A stretch of 64,000 nucleotides of DNA, from positions 154,998 to 218,997 of the forward strand of contig NIVC01003103.1 of the NCBI GenBank assembly GCA_002269645.1, read 5' to 3'. The stretch comes from Macrostomum lignano. Taxonomy: Eukaryota. This document shows, piece by piece, positions 15,291 to 27,900 of the stretch. The position numbers and the translations under genes are program-made. Below the pieces are notes generated by a model. It was not told where the DNA came from, did no database searches, and saw nothing but the letters and a program-made list of their open reading frames with translations. The first letter of the stretch is position 1. Every line of letters starts with the position of its first letter.

Positions 15291-16617
15291 CTGAGTCTGG
15301 GCAGGGTCTGAGTGTCTCTGGGCAGGGTCCGAGTGTCTCTGGGCAAGGTCTGAGTGTCTCTGGACAGGGTCTGAGTGTCTCTGGGCAGGGTCTGAATGTC
15401 TCTGGGCAGGGTCTGAGTGTCTCTGGGCAGGGTCTGAGTGTCTCTGGGCAGGGTCTGAGTGTCTCTGGGCAGGGTCTGAGTGTCTCTGGGCAGGGTCTGA
15501 GTGTCTCTGGGCAGGGTCTGAGTGTCTCTGGGCAGGGTCTGAGTGTCTCTGGGCAGGGTCTGAGTGTCTCTGGGCAGGGTCTGAGTGTCTCTGGGCAGGG
15601 TCTGAGTGTCTCTGGGCAGGGTCTGAGTGTCTCTGGGCAGGGTCTGAGTGTCTCTGGGCAGGGTCTGAGTGTCTCTGGGCAGGGTCTGAGTGTCTCTGGG
15701 CAGGGTCTGAGTGTCTCTGGGCAGGGTCTGAGTGTCTCTGGGCAGGGTCTGAGTGTCTCTGGGCAGGGTCTGAGTGTCTCTGGGCAGGGTCTGAGTGTCT
15801 CTGGGCAGGGTCTGAGTGTCTCTGGGCAGGGTCTGAGTGTCTCTGGGCAGGGTCTGAGTGTCTCTGGGCAGGGTCTGAGTCTAATAGAGTAGAGTCTAAG
15901 TCTAATAGAACAGAGTCTGAGTCTAATAGAACAGAGTCTGAGTCTAATAGAGCAGAGTCTGAGTCTAATAGAGCAGAGTCTGAGTCTAATAGAGCAGAGT
16001 CTGAGTCTAATAGAACAGAGTCTGAGTCTAATAGAGCAGAGTCTGAGTCTAATAGAGCAGAGTCTGAGTCTAATAGAACAGAGTCTGAGTCTAATAGAGC
16101 AGAGTCTGAGTCTAATAGAACAGAGTCTGAGTCTAATAGAACAGAGTCTGAGTCTAATAGAACAGAGTCTGAGTCTAATAGAACAGAGTCTGAGTCTAAT
16201 AGATCAGAGTCTGAGTCTAATAGAGCAGAGTCTGAGTCTAATAGAACAGAGTCTGAGTCTAATAGATCAGAGTCTGAGTCTAATAGAGCAGAGTCTGAGT
16301 CTAATAGAGCAGAGTCTGAGTCTAATAGATCAGAGTCTGAGTCTAATAGAGCAGAGTCTGAGTCTAATAGAACAGAGTCTGAGTCTAATAGATCAGAGTC
16401 TGAGTCTAATAGAGCAGAGTCTGAGTCTAATAGAGCAGAGTCTGAGTCTAATAGAACAGAGTCTGAGTCTAATAGAGCAGAGTCTGAGTCTAATAGAGCA
16501 GAGTCTGAGTCTAATAGAGCAGAGTCTGAGTCTAATAGATCAGAGTCTGAGTCTAATAGAGCAGAGTCTGAGTCTAATAGAATGGAGTCTGAGTCTAATA
16601 GAACAGAGTCTGAGTCA
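15291..16617. repeat. Compound 21-bp minisatellite: GGGTCTGAGTGTCTCTGGGCA (to ~15881) then GAGTCTGAGTCTAATAGA(G/A/T)CA
   Basis: Two 21-bp units sharing a GTCTGAGT core, directly joined. Confidence 0.97.
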
Positions 16618-18120
16618 AGTCACAAAGAGTTACACCAAAAATTTATATTACTTTCATCCATTTTTCAATGTTCAACGACAGTAAAAAAGAACTTGAGAAC
16701 TGCTGAAGTCAGACTAAAGATTAATATTGAATGCCACTAAAGTCGATACTGCTAAGCGGCGCACAACATGTATTTGTAAACAGGAGGTCCGTGCCGCCCA
16801 GCACTGCAGCTGGAGCAGAAATTAAATATATAAAAATAAACATGCTAACAAAATTCTTGCTAAAACTCGGCAGTCTATACTGGTTACTGATGGCGTCAGT
16901 AGTATGAAAGCGTGCTCTGAAAGCAAATTCTAAATGAAAAAATAGACGCACAGAGAGTTGGTGCACTGCTAGCTGGCTACCGCTAATACAACCTGTGTGA
17001 AATTTAGCATGGGAAGAACACAAAATGCGGCTGGCACAGTGCTGCGACAAAGACCCAAATATTGGCTGCTGCCCAGAGATGTCAGCCCAGAACTGCGCCA
17101 ATTTCTGCAACAAAAGATTTGCGAAAGCAACATGACCACACAGTTTCGGACAGTTGTTGGTCAGGCAAACAGCTTTGGAAAAATTTCCTAGTTGGGAAAA
17201 TTTTGACAGGCATGGCAGCGGTGGCGGCGGCCCCCCCGTATCTGACAGGGAGATCTGCGGCTCCCAGCGCCAAGGCCAACTTAAAAGAGAACTTGGACTG
17301 ACTGGCACCCCAGTTCCTGATAGTTCTTCAGCTGCCACACAGCAGGCAGGGGAGCTCGTGCCTCATCTTGCATCTTTCATTGAATTTATGAGAAACTTCT
17401 CGGGAGTCTGGCGTTCTGAATGTCGAGTTGCCAACAGTTTGCACAGGGGGCTCTGGTAGACAAGGTCGGACAGCTCCCCTGTCTGCTGTGCAAGCAAATT
17501 GAAACCCTCCGGACACTCCGGGGCTCTGGTTCGAGCTCTCCATGCCAGATGCCAGCGCCAACAAGCTGGGCCGTTTTCGAGTCAGCTGCCTCTGACCTGT
17601 CAAAAATTCTCGCGTGTGAGAGAGAAAGAGAAGGGCAAACAGCCACTGGTTTTATACTTATTATTATGCTTATTATGTGCAAACAGGTTCGTATTGACTG
17701 ACAGGCAGCTCATAGCCTATCTGAGCTGCTGTGTCCAAGGCAAATCCTTAGTTGCTATGGGGATGAGAAATTAACTAGAAAGGCTAAATATGATGAATTA
17801 GTATTCCACACTCAATCAGCGCGAGTCTATTCTACTCTGAAGTAATAAAAAACAGCACAATAAAAATGTTGATGTGTAACAAAAGCAAAAAGTCGCAGTA
17901 AACTTGGACGTGTCAAAGCACAAAGTTGCTTTGCTAACTAAAAGCAGATTAACGATTTTGATTAAAAATGTGTAAAATTATGAAATAACAATAAAAATTC
18001 CTTTTAAAGATAACCATATTGAGTATAAGACCGACTAGCCACATTGGCCTCAGTATCCAATGGGAAATCCCCTGTCTAAAAATAGACCCAATCAGAGCCC
18101 AAAAATAGCAACCATTCAAT

Positions 18121-20214
18121 TCAGTCCGCGGCGGGAATTTCCCGCACCCGACCGAACTCCGCCTCCACGGCCGCCCGCAGCTGCTCCAGGCAGTGCGGCT
18201 CCGCCAGGGCGCTGAGGTCGCCGACGCAGCGGGGGTCGCGGCCGGCGGCCAGGAGGCGCAGAACGCGGCGCATCACCTTGCCGGAGCGGGTCTTCGGCAG
18301 GGCGGCCACGCGCAGCAGGTGGTCCGGCACGGCGAACGGCCCGATGACCTCGCGCACCAGGCCACGCAGGCTCGCCCGCAGCCGCTCGTCCAGCCCGCAG
18401 CCGTCGTCCTCCTTCAGCACGAGGAAGGCGCAGGCGGCCTCACCTTTGACGTCGTGGGGCCGGCCGACCACAGCGGCTTCGGCCAGAGCGGGGTGGCGCA
18501 GAAGGGCAACCTCGAGCTGCGCAGAGCTCATCAGGTGGCCGCTGACGTTCATGGCGTCGTCGACCCGGCCGGTGATCCACAGGTAGCCGTCGGCGTCGCG
18601 CCTGGCGCCGTCGCCGCAGCAGTAGTAGCCGGGGAATGCGGAGAAGTAGGTCCGCTCAAAGCGCTCGTGGTCGCCAAGGATGCTGCGGGCCAGGCCCGGC
18701 CAGGCCGGCGGCCCGAACGCCAGGTGGCCTTCGGCCGGCCCGTCCAGCTCCCGGCCGGTGTCCGGGTCCAGCAGCACCGGCCGGACGCCGGGCAGCGGCA
18801 GGCAGGCGGAGCCGGGCTTGGCCGGCGTGGCGCCCGGCAGAGGGGCGATCACGTGACCGCCGGTCTCCGTCTGCCAGTAGGTGTCCACCACGGGGCAGCG
18901 GCCGGAGCCGACCTTGGCGTGCAGCCACAGCCAGGCCTCCGGGTTGATAGGCTCGCCAACGGAGCCGAGGACGCGCAGGGAGCTGCGGCTGCTGCCCTCA
19001 AACTGGGAGTCTCCGGCCCGCATGAGGGCGCGCAGCAGCGTGGGCGCGGTGTAGAACGACTCGACTTTGTAGCGGTCCACCACCCGCCAGCAGCGGCCGG
19101 GCTCCGGCCAGCAGGGCGGGCCCTCCAGCATGACGCAGGTGGCGCCGAGCAGGAGGGGCCCGTAGACCAGGTAGGAGTGGCCGGTGATCCAGCCCAGGTC
19201 GGCGGTGCACCAGTGCACGGTGGGCGGCCGCATATCAAAGGCCAGGCGGGTGGTGAAGGCGGCGTAGACCAGGTAGCCGCCGGTGCTGTGCAGCAGCGCC
19301 TTCGGCTTTCCAGTACTGCCGCTGGTGTGCAGGGCGAACAGCGGCTCCTCGGCGTCCAGCCACTCCGGCGGCGGCCCGGAGGCCTCGTCAAAGTCCTCGT
19401 CGCCCTCTGATGGGGGCTCCGGCCAGGGCTGGTCGCGGCCGGCCTCCATCGGGCAGGGCTGGTCGTCGGCGCGGCGCAGGACGAAGCAGGCACGGATTTC
19501 AGCGCCGGCCTCGGCGCAGGCGCGCATGGCGGCGTCAGCGATGGGCTTGAGGCCGAGGCGCCGGTGGCCGCGCCAGGCAAAGTCGCAGGTGAGCAGGACT
19601 CGAGCTCCGGCGTCCAGCAGCCGCTCGGCCAGCGACTCGGCCGAGTAGCCAGCGAAGACGACGACGTGAACGGCGCCGAGGCGGGCGCAGGCGAGCAGCG
19701 CCTCCACCTGCTGCGGCACGTTGGCCATGTAGACGCAGACTCGGTCGCCGCGCCGGACGCCGGCGCCGGACAGGGCGCGGGCCAGCCGGCGCACCCGGGC
19801 GAGCATCTGCGCGTAGGTGACGGCGTGGCCGGCGCCGTCGGGCTCGTTGGCCTCCCAGTGCAGGCAGACGCGGTCGCCGAGGCCGGCGGCAACGTGCCGG
19901 TCCAGCGCGTTGTGGCAGGCGTTGAGCCGCCAGCCGGCGAACCAGCGGCAGTCGACGCCGCCCTCGCGCCGCTTGTCGAGATTCTGACGCGTCACCGGTG
20001 CCTGGCGCCAGTCGTCCGGCCTGTGGCGCCAGTCGAGCAGCGAGTCGGCAGCCTCGCGCCAGAAGTCGTCGGGCGCAGTGATGGAGCGCAGGTAGGCATC
20101 TCGGTAGGCTGTCAGCGAGCCGATGTGCGCGCAGCGGCTCAGCTGCTCGGGTGGGTGGAAAACCTGCGGCGGTTGCCCCTGCGGCTCCGGCTGCTGCTGC
20201 TGCTGCCTCTGGGC
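18121..20214 (-). CDS. ACSS2: Acetyl-CoA synthetase (AMP-forming, ACSS2/Acs type); one long coding exon, no genomic start codon found
   Basis: Motifs LHTSGSTGKPKA, WCTADLGWITGHSY, VDTYWQTETGG, GRVDDAMNVSGH, LPKTRSGKVMRR; frame extends upstream of the ORF call (FHPPEQL..AHIGSL..Y..SI..PDDFW) to acceptor TCCCAG| at 20215-20217; in-frame TAA at 20239-20241. Confidence 0.95.
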   Translation of the reverse strand, partial: AQRQQQQQPEPQGQPPQVFHPPEQLSRCAHIGSLTAYRDAYLRSITAPDDFWREAADSLLDWRHRPDDWRQAPVTRQNLDKRREGGVDCRWFAGWRLNACHNALDRHVAAGLGDRVCLHWEANEPDGAGHAVTYAQMLARVRRLARALSGAGVRRGDRVCVYMANVPQQVEALLACARLGAVHVVVFAGYSAESLAERLLDAGARVLLTCDFAWRGHRRLGLKPIADAAMRACAEAGAEIRACFVLRRADDQPCPMEAGRDQPWPEPPSEGDEDFDEASGPPPEWLDAEEPLFALHTSGSTGKPKALLHSTGGYLVYAAFTTRLAFDMRPPTVHWCTADLGWITGHSYLVYGPLLLGATCVMLEGPPCWPEPGRCWRVVDRYKVESFYTAPTLLRALMRAGDSQFEGSSRSSLRVLGSVGEPINPEAWLWLHAKVGSGRCPVVDTYWQTETGGHVIAPLPGATPAKPGSACLPLPGVRPVLLDPDTGRELDGPAEGHLAFGPPAWPGLARSILGDHERFERTYFSAFPGYYCCGDGARRDADGYLWITGRVDDAMNVSGHLMSSAQLEVALLRHPALAEAAVVGRPHDVKGEAACAFLVLKEDDGCGLDERLRASLRGLVREVIGPFAVPDHLLRVAALPKTRSGKVMRRVLRLLAAGRDPRCVGDLSALAEPHCLEQLRAAVEAEFGRVREIPAAD

Positions 20215-20382
20215 CTGGGAGATTTTTAAACTTGCCGTTTAGTTGCTAGGCAGGTTCAAGCTAAGGTTAATAAGGCCTATTCTATCCTTATGCTAATCTG
20301 CTTTGCTTTGGGAATCCTGCTCTCAGCTGATGGCTCAACTCAGAACGACCACAGACGGCAGATCCGTTTCCATTGGCGGTTC

Positions 20383-20396
20383 GTTGCCATAGCGAC
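20383..20396. promoter_or_regulatory. RFX X-box-like element upstream of ACSS
   Basis: GTTGCCATAGCGAC resembles GTNRCC-N(0-3)-RGYAAC; adjacent ATTGG (CCAAT) near 20372; ~170 bp upstream of the acceptor. Confidence 0.35.
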
Positions 20397-21915
20397 CTTC
20401 TCCCCTTTAGTTTCCAATTTAAGCGAAATCGTTTGAGTCTCATTCAGAAGGATAAAGAAAGAAGGCAGCCCGCCCGCTGAGAAGATGTCTATGGCCAAAG
20501 TATTGGCACCACTGACTCGGTGGCGTTATGCACTGCGGAATGGGGGGGGGCAGAGGGGCACCTGTCCCTGAAATTTGAGATTATTGCTTGAATTCAATCC
20601 GGGAGCCACTCAGGGGAGGTCAGGGGGCAGGGGGGGGGGTCAGATGCTTAGAAAAAAGCTCTTGCTCCCCTTCCTAGGCAAAAAACTTGCTCCTCGGTCT
20701 CTGCTTCCCCTGGGGATCAGGTATAGCAAAGTAGACATAGAGTTCCTTTGCTGGCTGGATTTCTAATTAAAGTACACGCTGCACTGTGGCACTGGCCGAC
20801 CCACGTTCAGGATGAAATCTGTCGCCCTTATCTGCACTTGCCGCAGCCTGATGGAGCCAATCGAAGCAGTCAATAAACTAAAAAATGGAAATATGGCTCA
20901 ATCTCATACCAGCTTGTCAGTTTATCTCCAATCAGCTGTCTCTGTGTAACACTTTTTGAGATGAGACGCATGGACTGCGGCAGTTTTGCCGCTATTGAAA
21001 AAGCGAAACATAGCCTAGGTATTCTACTGCCAGTAGAAACCTAAGCAAATTGCCGATAAATTTACAGGGACTGCTTGGAAAAATTTTGCGGGATTTTTTG
21101 TATAATTTTGAAAAACTGTGAGTAACATTGAAGGTCATTTTCACGGCAGATTAATGAATTCACCAGCTTATCGACCGGTGCCCTTCTAGTAGTCCTTGCA
21201 TATTAATTGTGATACTACGCACTTGGACTGGAAACACTCGGGCCTAGGCGCTATCGTTCAAACAGAAATAAAGAAGCCAAGCCATGTTTGATTGGTTTTA
21301 AATAAACATAGATAAATGTATATATATTTATCTATGCCTCGGGCGCGAACTCGTGCCTTTATTATGCAGTCAGGCGGGCAGATGATGCGATGGGGCAATC
21401 GGGGGGACTGCGGGTTGATTAAATCTGCAGCTGTGAGGTCAAGGCGCAGTCAATGCCCCTTCCTAGCTACTTGTAACGCTGGCGCCGGCGTGAGTAGTAT
21501 GCAGAGGAAAATTTAACAGAAAATTGACAATCAACTTTTTGCTGAAGCACAGAAAATGAAAACGGCGGAATATTGTAGAAATTTTCGGATAAACGCGGCA
21601 ATATTCGTGCGAACTGATGCAGCTGGGGAGGCGATGAGGTGATGCAGCAACAGGTGCAAAAAACTGAGAGAGGAACTGAAAAATGAATTCGGTAAAAACA
21701 AGGGGCCGGCGGATTTCGACCCCAGCCAGGGTGTACATTCTGAATTCATGTACTTAATAGATATATATATATTAATATGTATAAATATGAATATGCACTG
21801 ATAGCAGCAGACAGGTGTGTTCAGTTAGACGCAACAGACTAAGCAGTGAGACGCGATAAAACTCTGTCTGCTGGGATAGGGGAGCCGCTGGGTCCGGGCT
21901 CCTCCGGCTGCCGGC

Positions 21916-24900
21916 TCATTTCAGCATCTTGTTCGCCCGCTCGTTGGCGCCCTCGATGCGCGTCTGGTTGGACGCGGCCTGCGGGTGGGCGGGGAGCGCA
22001 GCGTCGCTTGTGCTATGGAGTACATGCGCACTGATGGCAAAGAGCAAACCCCCAGGAAACTAAAACTAGCTGTGAAGTTCGGCTATTAAAAAGTTTTTTT
22101 CTTCAACTGCTTGCTTTGAACTCTGTACGACTGCAGCGCACGAGCCCCGGCTGCTGGTAGGATCAAGCAAACCCACCTTCTCCTGGATGCGGTCCAGCTG
22201 CCTGTTCTGCGAAGTGATCTCGCTGCCCATGTCGATGGCCATGTTGCGCAGGTTGCCAACCATGTTGCCGACCTCCTGGATGTTGTTGTCCATCTCGTCC
22301 TCGCGGTCGTCCTTCGTGATTCTGAAATTGAATAGGACATTGTTTAAGTACTCCTTCCCCAGTGTACATTCTATCCAATCTCGGCCCTCTCCCCAGTGTA
22401 CATTCTATCCAATCTCGGCCCTCTCCCCAGTGTACATTCAATCCAATCTCGGCGTTCTCCCCCAGTGTACACTCTATCCAATCTCGGCCCTCTCCCCCAG
22501 TGTACATTCTATCCAATATCGGCCCTCTCCCACAGTGTAAATTGTATCCAATCTTGGCTCTCTCCCCAGTGTACATTCTATCCAATCTCGGCCCTCTCCC
22601 CAGTGTACATTCAATCCAATCTCGGCGTTCTCCCCCAGTGTACACTCTATCCAATCTCGGCCCTCTCCCCCAGTGTACATTCTATCCAATCTCGGCCCTC
22701 TCTCCCAGTGTACACTCTATCCAATCTCGGCCCTCTCCCCCAGTGTACATTCAATCCAATCTCGGCGTTCTCCCCCAGTGTACACTCTATCCAATCTCGG
22801 CCCTCTCCCCCAGTGTACATTCTATCCAATATCGGCCCTCTCCCACAGTGTAAATTGTATCCAATCTTGGCTCTCTCCCCAGTGTACATTCTATCCAATC
22901 TCGGCCCTCTCCCCCAGTGTACATTCTATCCAATCTCGGCCCTCTCCCTAGTGTACATTGTATCCAATCTCGGCCCTCTCCCCAGTGTACACTCTATTCA
23001 ATCTCGGCCCTCTCCCCCAGTGTACATTCTATCCAATATCGGCCCTGTCCCCCAGTGTACACTCTATTCAATCTCGGCCCTCTCCAACCAGTGTACACTC
23101 TATCCAATCTCAGTAGTACTCTCCCTGAGAGGACACTGCCGCTCTCACCTGGTGACGTAGCCACCCTGAGGTCCCATTCCGTTGTCGCCGAGCACCACCC
23201 GAGGCCCGTCGGTGTTCACAGTGCCGTCGTCGTCCTTCTTGAAGTTTTTGTCGAACTGGCCTTTGCCGGCTCTGGCAGGAAAAAAGTTCGACAGGAAATT
23301 AACTATTGGTGCGCGAGTAATTTCAAACGAACTAGATTGACCCTCACTTGTTCCACGGCAGGATGCAGAGGCCGCAGCACTTGTTCAGATCGTCCAGATT
23401 CTTCTCGGCATCTTTCATATCCGTGTTGATCTGGTCCATGCCCTCCTCGATGCGGTCCATTTGCTCTGAGATGGCGAATGAGCACCGGGGTTGTGCCAGG
23501 CTGGGTCGGTGTACACTGGGTCACACTCGGGGGGCATCAATACGCATATTTTTGCTCACCCTAATGGACTACGGGGTCAATTATTCAATACAGAAAGTAT
23601 GTGCATGCAAAGAATACAAAAATAACCCGAAGGCTGGTGACATTCTTGCAGACTACAGCATCTGATAAGGACATCCGCCTAGCAGAAGCCTGAGTGTAAA
23701 CTTTAAATAATAAATCTCCCAGCTGACCATTTCTATCAGCTGACCAATTATCCCAACTGACCATTTATCCCAACTGACAAATTACGAGCTATCATAACTG
23801 ACCAATTATCCCAACTGACCATTTATCCCAACTGACAAATTACGAGCTATCATAACTGACCATTTCTCCCAGCTGACCAATCATCCAATCATGTTGAACA
23901 GGTAAAAATCAATAAAAAACTAAAAGTGCAGAAAAGCAGACATCATGACTGCTACAACAGGAAAGATAGCCATTAGCATAATCAAAGCACAACACGGAAG
24001 CGAGCCTCACCGCCTTGGTCGTCAAGCATCACGAGAGTGGAAATTCCGGCCTCCTTAGCCTGATGAGGCGAAGGCGGGCGGTGGGGAGTAAACAGATTAA
24101 GTAAACTGAACAGCTTGAGGGATATGAAGAGCATTTTATCCACTGGATCACTGGACTACAAACGTTGGGAGAAACTTATACAAGTACCAATAGTGAAACT
24201 CAACCTGCAAATACCAAATTTACTTGAAATTCTGATGCGTGAAAATTGGAGAGTCAGGGAGTGGGAGAGTCAGGGAGTGGGAGAGTCAGGGAGTGGGAGA
24301 GTCAGGGAGTGGGAGAGTCAGGGAGTGAGAGAGTCAGGGAGTGAGAGAGTCAGGGAGTGGGAGAGTCAGGGAGTGGGAGAGTCAGGGAGTGGGAGAGTCA
24401 GGGATTGGGAGAGTCAGGGAGTGGGAGAGTCAGGCGATAAGAGAACTTTAGCACCCTCCACCTTGAAAGTAAGCTATGAAGGTGTCACCAACAATATTGA
24501 TGGATTGACAAGTTTGATAGCAGACAAGACAAAAAAAGACAGCACAGATTCCACCGGTAGAGTGGGACGGCGAGACACGGTGCGCTGTAAGCAGTGGGTT
24601 GGCACAACTGTGCACACCTGTGCCCTTATCTACCTGTTTCTCCCAGTCACCCTCCCTTTCTCTCGCAGCGGCCAATAAGGTGAAGGCACATCAGCCAGGC
24701 GCCTCACTCACCGCTTCGCACATGGACACCATTCGTCGGGTTGACTCCAGCGACTGAAATTGGGGGGTGAGAGATTGAGTGCACTTCAGAGCAGTGTTTT
24801 TTTTTAATTAACGGCCTGTTGAACTGGAGCTGTGTACAGCTGGTACTTGCCGCTGAGGCTGTAGGGGTTGCAGCACTTTGTATCACTGCCGCAGCTCAGA

Positions 24901-27900
24901 GCTGCCAACCAATCACAGGAGGGATAGCTGGAGCTCAGAGCTGCCAACCAATCACAGGAGGGATAGCTGGAGCTCAGAGCTGCCAACCAATCACAGCAGG
25001 GTAGCTGGAGCTCAGAGCTGCCAACCAATCACAGCAGGGTAGCTGGAGCTCAGAGCTGCCAAACAATCACAGCAGGGTAGCTGGAGCTCAGAGCTGCCAA
25101 CCAATCACAGCAGGGTAGCTGGAGCTCAGCCTAATTTGCCACTCGCTCATGGTGGCTGCCTTTGATGGTGTGGTGCAATCAGCCCATTCAGCTGAGTACT
25201 AAGCAGCCCAGACCAGCACAGCTTAACTCTACAGAGCTTTTGGTGAATGCACTGAGCCATCAGCAGCCACTCTCAACTATCAAGCAGCCACTCTCAACTA
25301 TCAAGCAGCCACTCTCAACTATCAAGCAGCCACTCTCAACTATCAAGCAGCCACTCTCAACTATCAAGCAGCCACTCTCAACTATCAAGCAGCCACTCTC
25401 AACTATCAAGCAGCCACTCTCAACTATCAAGCAGCCACTCTCAACTATCAAGCAGCCACTCCCCCTGGTTTACTTCAGTCTGGGCCCGGTCCACCAGCAG
25501 CATGATCTCGTCCGCCTCAGTCAGAGGAGGCGCGGTGGCGTCGGCTGGCTCTTCGGCTCCAGCCATGTCAGGGGCAGTCGGTCAGGAAGGTCTTTGGCAG
25601 CCGCTGGCACGGGCTGGGGGCGGGGCCGCTCTGCTCCCTAATAATATACAGCCCGGATACATTAAAATGCCTAGCGGGGTGGCGCAGAGCTGATTGATGA
25701 GTTCCTCTGACTCCTTCTCCCTCCCTTCCCGCACCTCCCCGGCAGCAGCGTACGCTGTGGGATCGCTGCAATGTTTTTTCTGGCAGCGGGAGGCATTTGT
25801 TTGTGGCCCTCCCCGCCCCCCCCCCTGCTGGTCCGCCAGCGCTCTCTGCTCTGTGCTCACGGTCAACAAATGCTGGCCGGCCTCAACAATGAACTGGCCT
25901 GCTGGCCTGCCGCTGCCAAGGCTGGTGGGATCTGAATGCGGGAGCTCAGGTGGCCGCGCGCACTCACAGCTGGAATTGCGTCGCGCGCGCTTCCGCCTAC
26001 TGCTAGTAGCGATATCGGGGCGAGGCTGCCCGAACGGAGCAGTTTTTCGACGCCGTGGAGATAAACAAGAAAGCGGGGGGGGGGGGGGCCGCGATGGCGC
26101 AGCCTCTCAACGCGGCGAGTCAAATTCCCCTTTCTCCCCTCTCCCTTCGCCCCCTGCCCGGTGAACTCCGAGGCACTGAGGGCATCTATTATATTATATT
26201 GGGCTCGCATCCCCGTCCCACAGCCAGGTCTCATCAGGAATGCAAGACGGGGGGAGGAGGGGAAGGCGGAGTCCCCCAGAGCCTCTTGTAGCTTGGTTGA
26301 TGGGGTTCAGGCAGCCTCGCCTCTCCTTTCTTGTCCAGCTTCATCCCTGCGCTGTCTCTTCTCCGGGCTGCCGACTTCCCCAGCCTCCGCGCCTCCTCCT
26401 TGAGCCGTGGGGTGTCCGCACCGTTTAGCTAATGGCCAGGGCACCCCCTTCCCCTCTCCCAGCTCTCATTCCCTCTTCTTTCTCTCTCGTTTTTCCCCCG
26501 TCACGAGATCCTTCTTCATCCTTCTCCAGCCGCGCGGAGCCTCAACAAGCCGCAGAAGGTGACGGAAGGAAGAGTGCAAAACGGCCTGCCCCTTCGGGCT
26601 CCCGCGGGACTGCGGCAGAATGAGGAAGCGAGGTAGGGATTTAGTAAGCTGGCGGGACCGGTGAGGCTGTCTGCATGGCTAGGGGGAAATGAAAAGGTGC
26701 TCAGAGCCCTTTTTCCCGGCCAGCTGTCAGTCACTCTGCCCCGCCTTCTCGCCGGGTCGGCAAGTCTGGGAAATGCCGGAGGAGACTCGACCTCCCGGGA
26801 CTCGAACTCGCACCCGGAGAGAGCCGACACAAAAATAGATGCCTCATCATGACAAGCTCTTCCTCTGCGGGCGTTCGAAGACCAGTTGGAACCGGTTCCA
26901 ACTCAGCCACCCCAGCCTCCGCTTCTCCATCTTCTACAGAAATTGGCTGCCTGCCAAGCTAGGAAGGCCAAGGGGCGGGGGAAGAGGGGCTCTGAGCCCG
27001 ATCTCGGACCTTCAAATGCACTTTAATCCCCACTTTCCTCGGCCGCTGTGGAAGAGAGCGAGGGATCGGAGAGTGCGGAGCTGCGGGCCCGGCAGCTCAC
27101 AGGACGAACCGCCGCTCACCCGCTGCTCGCCTCTCCCGCCGTCTTGCGTCCCCATTTCTCCCCTCACTCTCCGCTCCCCCAATTTCTCTGTCCGTCCGGG
27201 CTGGGCAGGCGGGGTGGCCCGCGGCGGCGCAAAAAATGAGAAGGGGACGGCTATGCGTGCTCAGCTCCCCCGAGAGGCTGGGCTCCCCGCCTGCCTCATC
27301 TCTCTTCTCTCCTCTCCTTTCCCTTCACCCGGCTCAGTCCTAAAAACATGCCGAGCAGTGAATAGCGGGGAGGCTGGGGATGGGGAGCGGGCAGGCCGGG
27401 CTGAGCACTGCCGCCCCTTCAGCAAAATCAATGCTTAATACTCCGCCCCAGCCTCCCCGGTATGTATATTCTTTATTGGTCCACAGCTCCCCGGCAGCTG
27501 CAGCTTTCTTCTAGCTTCATCATCTCCCTTCCCCGTGTTCGCCAGTTGCAGCGGCCCGCAAGAGAAAGGCAGCGAAGGAATGAGCTTGTCTGCAGCCTCC
27601 CGACTGACCGGCAGGGTTCGAACAGCTAAGGGGGGGGGGGTATCGGAGCGCACCCAGAATCTGGCATCCCCAGCCACAGAATTCTCCCGCTGCGAGTCCT
27701 ATCGATCCGGGGGATCAATCTCCGGCTGAGGTTTTGCATCGCCTCGGGAACCGGATTAAAGTATTTGTCTACGGGGTAGACAGGCAGAGTAACTATAACT
27801 ACAATCAGATAGGCCAATGCGTCGGCATCTAACTAGCACTATTTTTTTATAAGTTGAGTCTCAAACTGCAGGTAATTTGTAAATCATAAAAATTAACAGA

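Noticed and set aside
16740-17190. Protein-like plus-strand stretch (QRPKYWLLPRDVSPELRQFLQQKICES), possible transposase relic
   Set aside because: Short, with no recognisable catalytic motif, terminal repeats or splice context.
18193-20229. Overlapping ORFs on and opposite ACSS, and likewise over the EXD1-like, CPTP, FASTK-like and LINE coding regions
   Set aside because: Shadow ORFs expected from very high GC coding sequence.
24115-24678. Antisense ORF in SNAP-25 intron 2 containing LAPSTLK (recombinase-like)
   Set aside because: Interrupted by a 16-bp minisatellite, and no other tyrosine-recombinase motifs.
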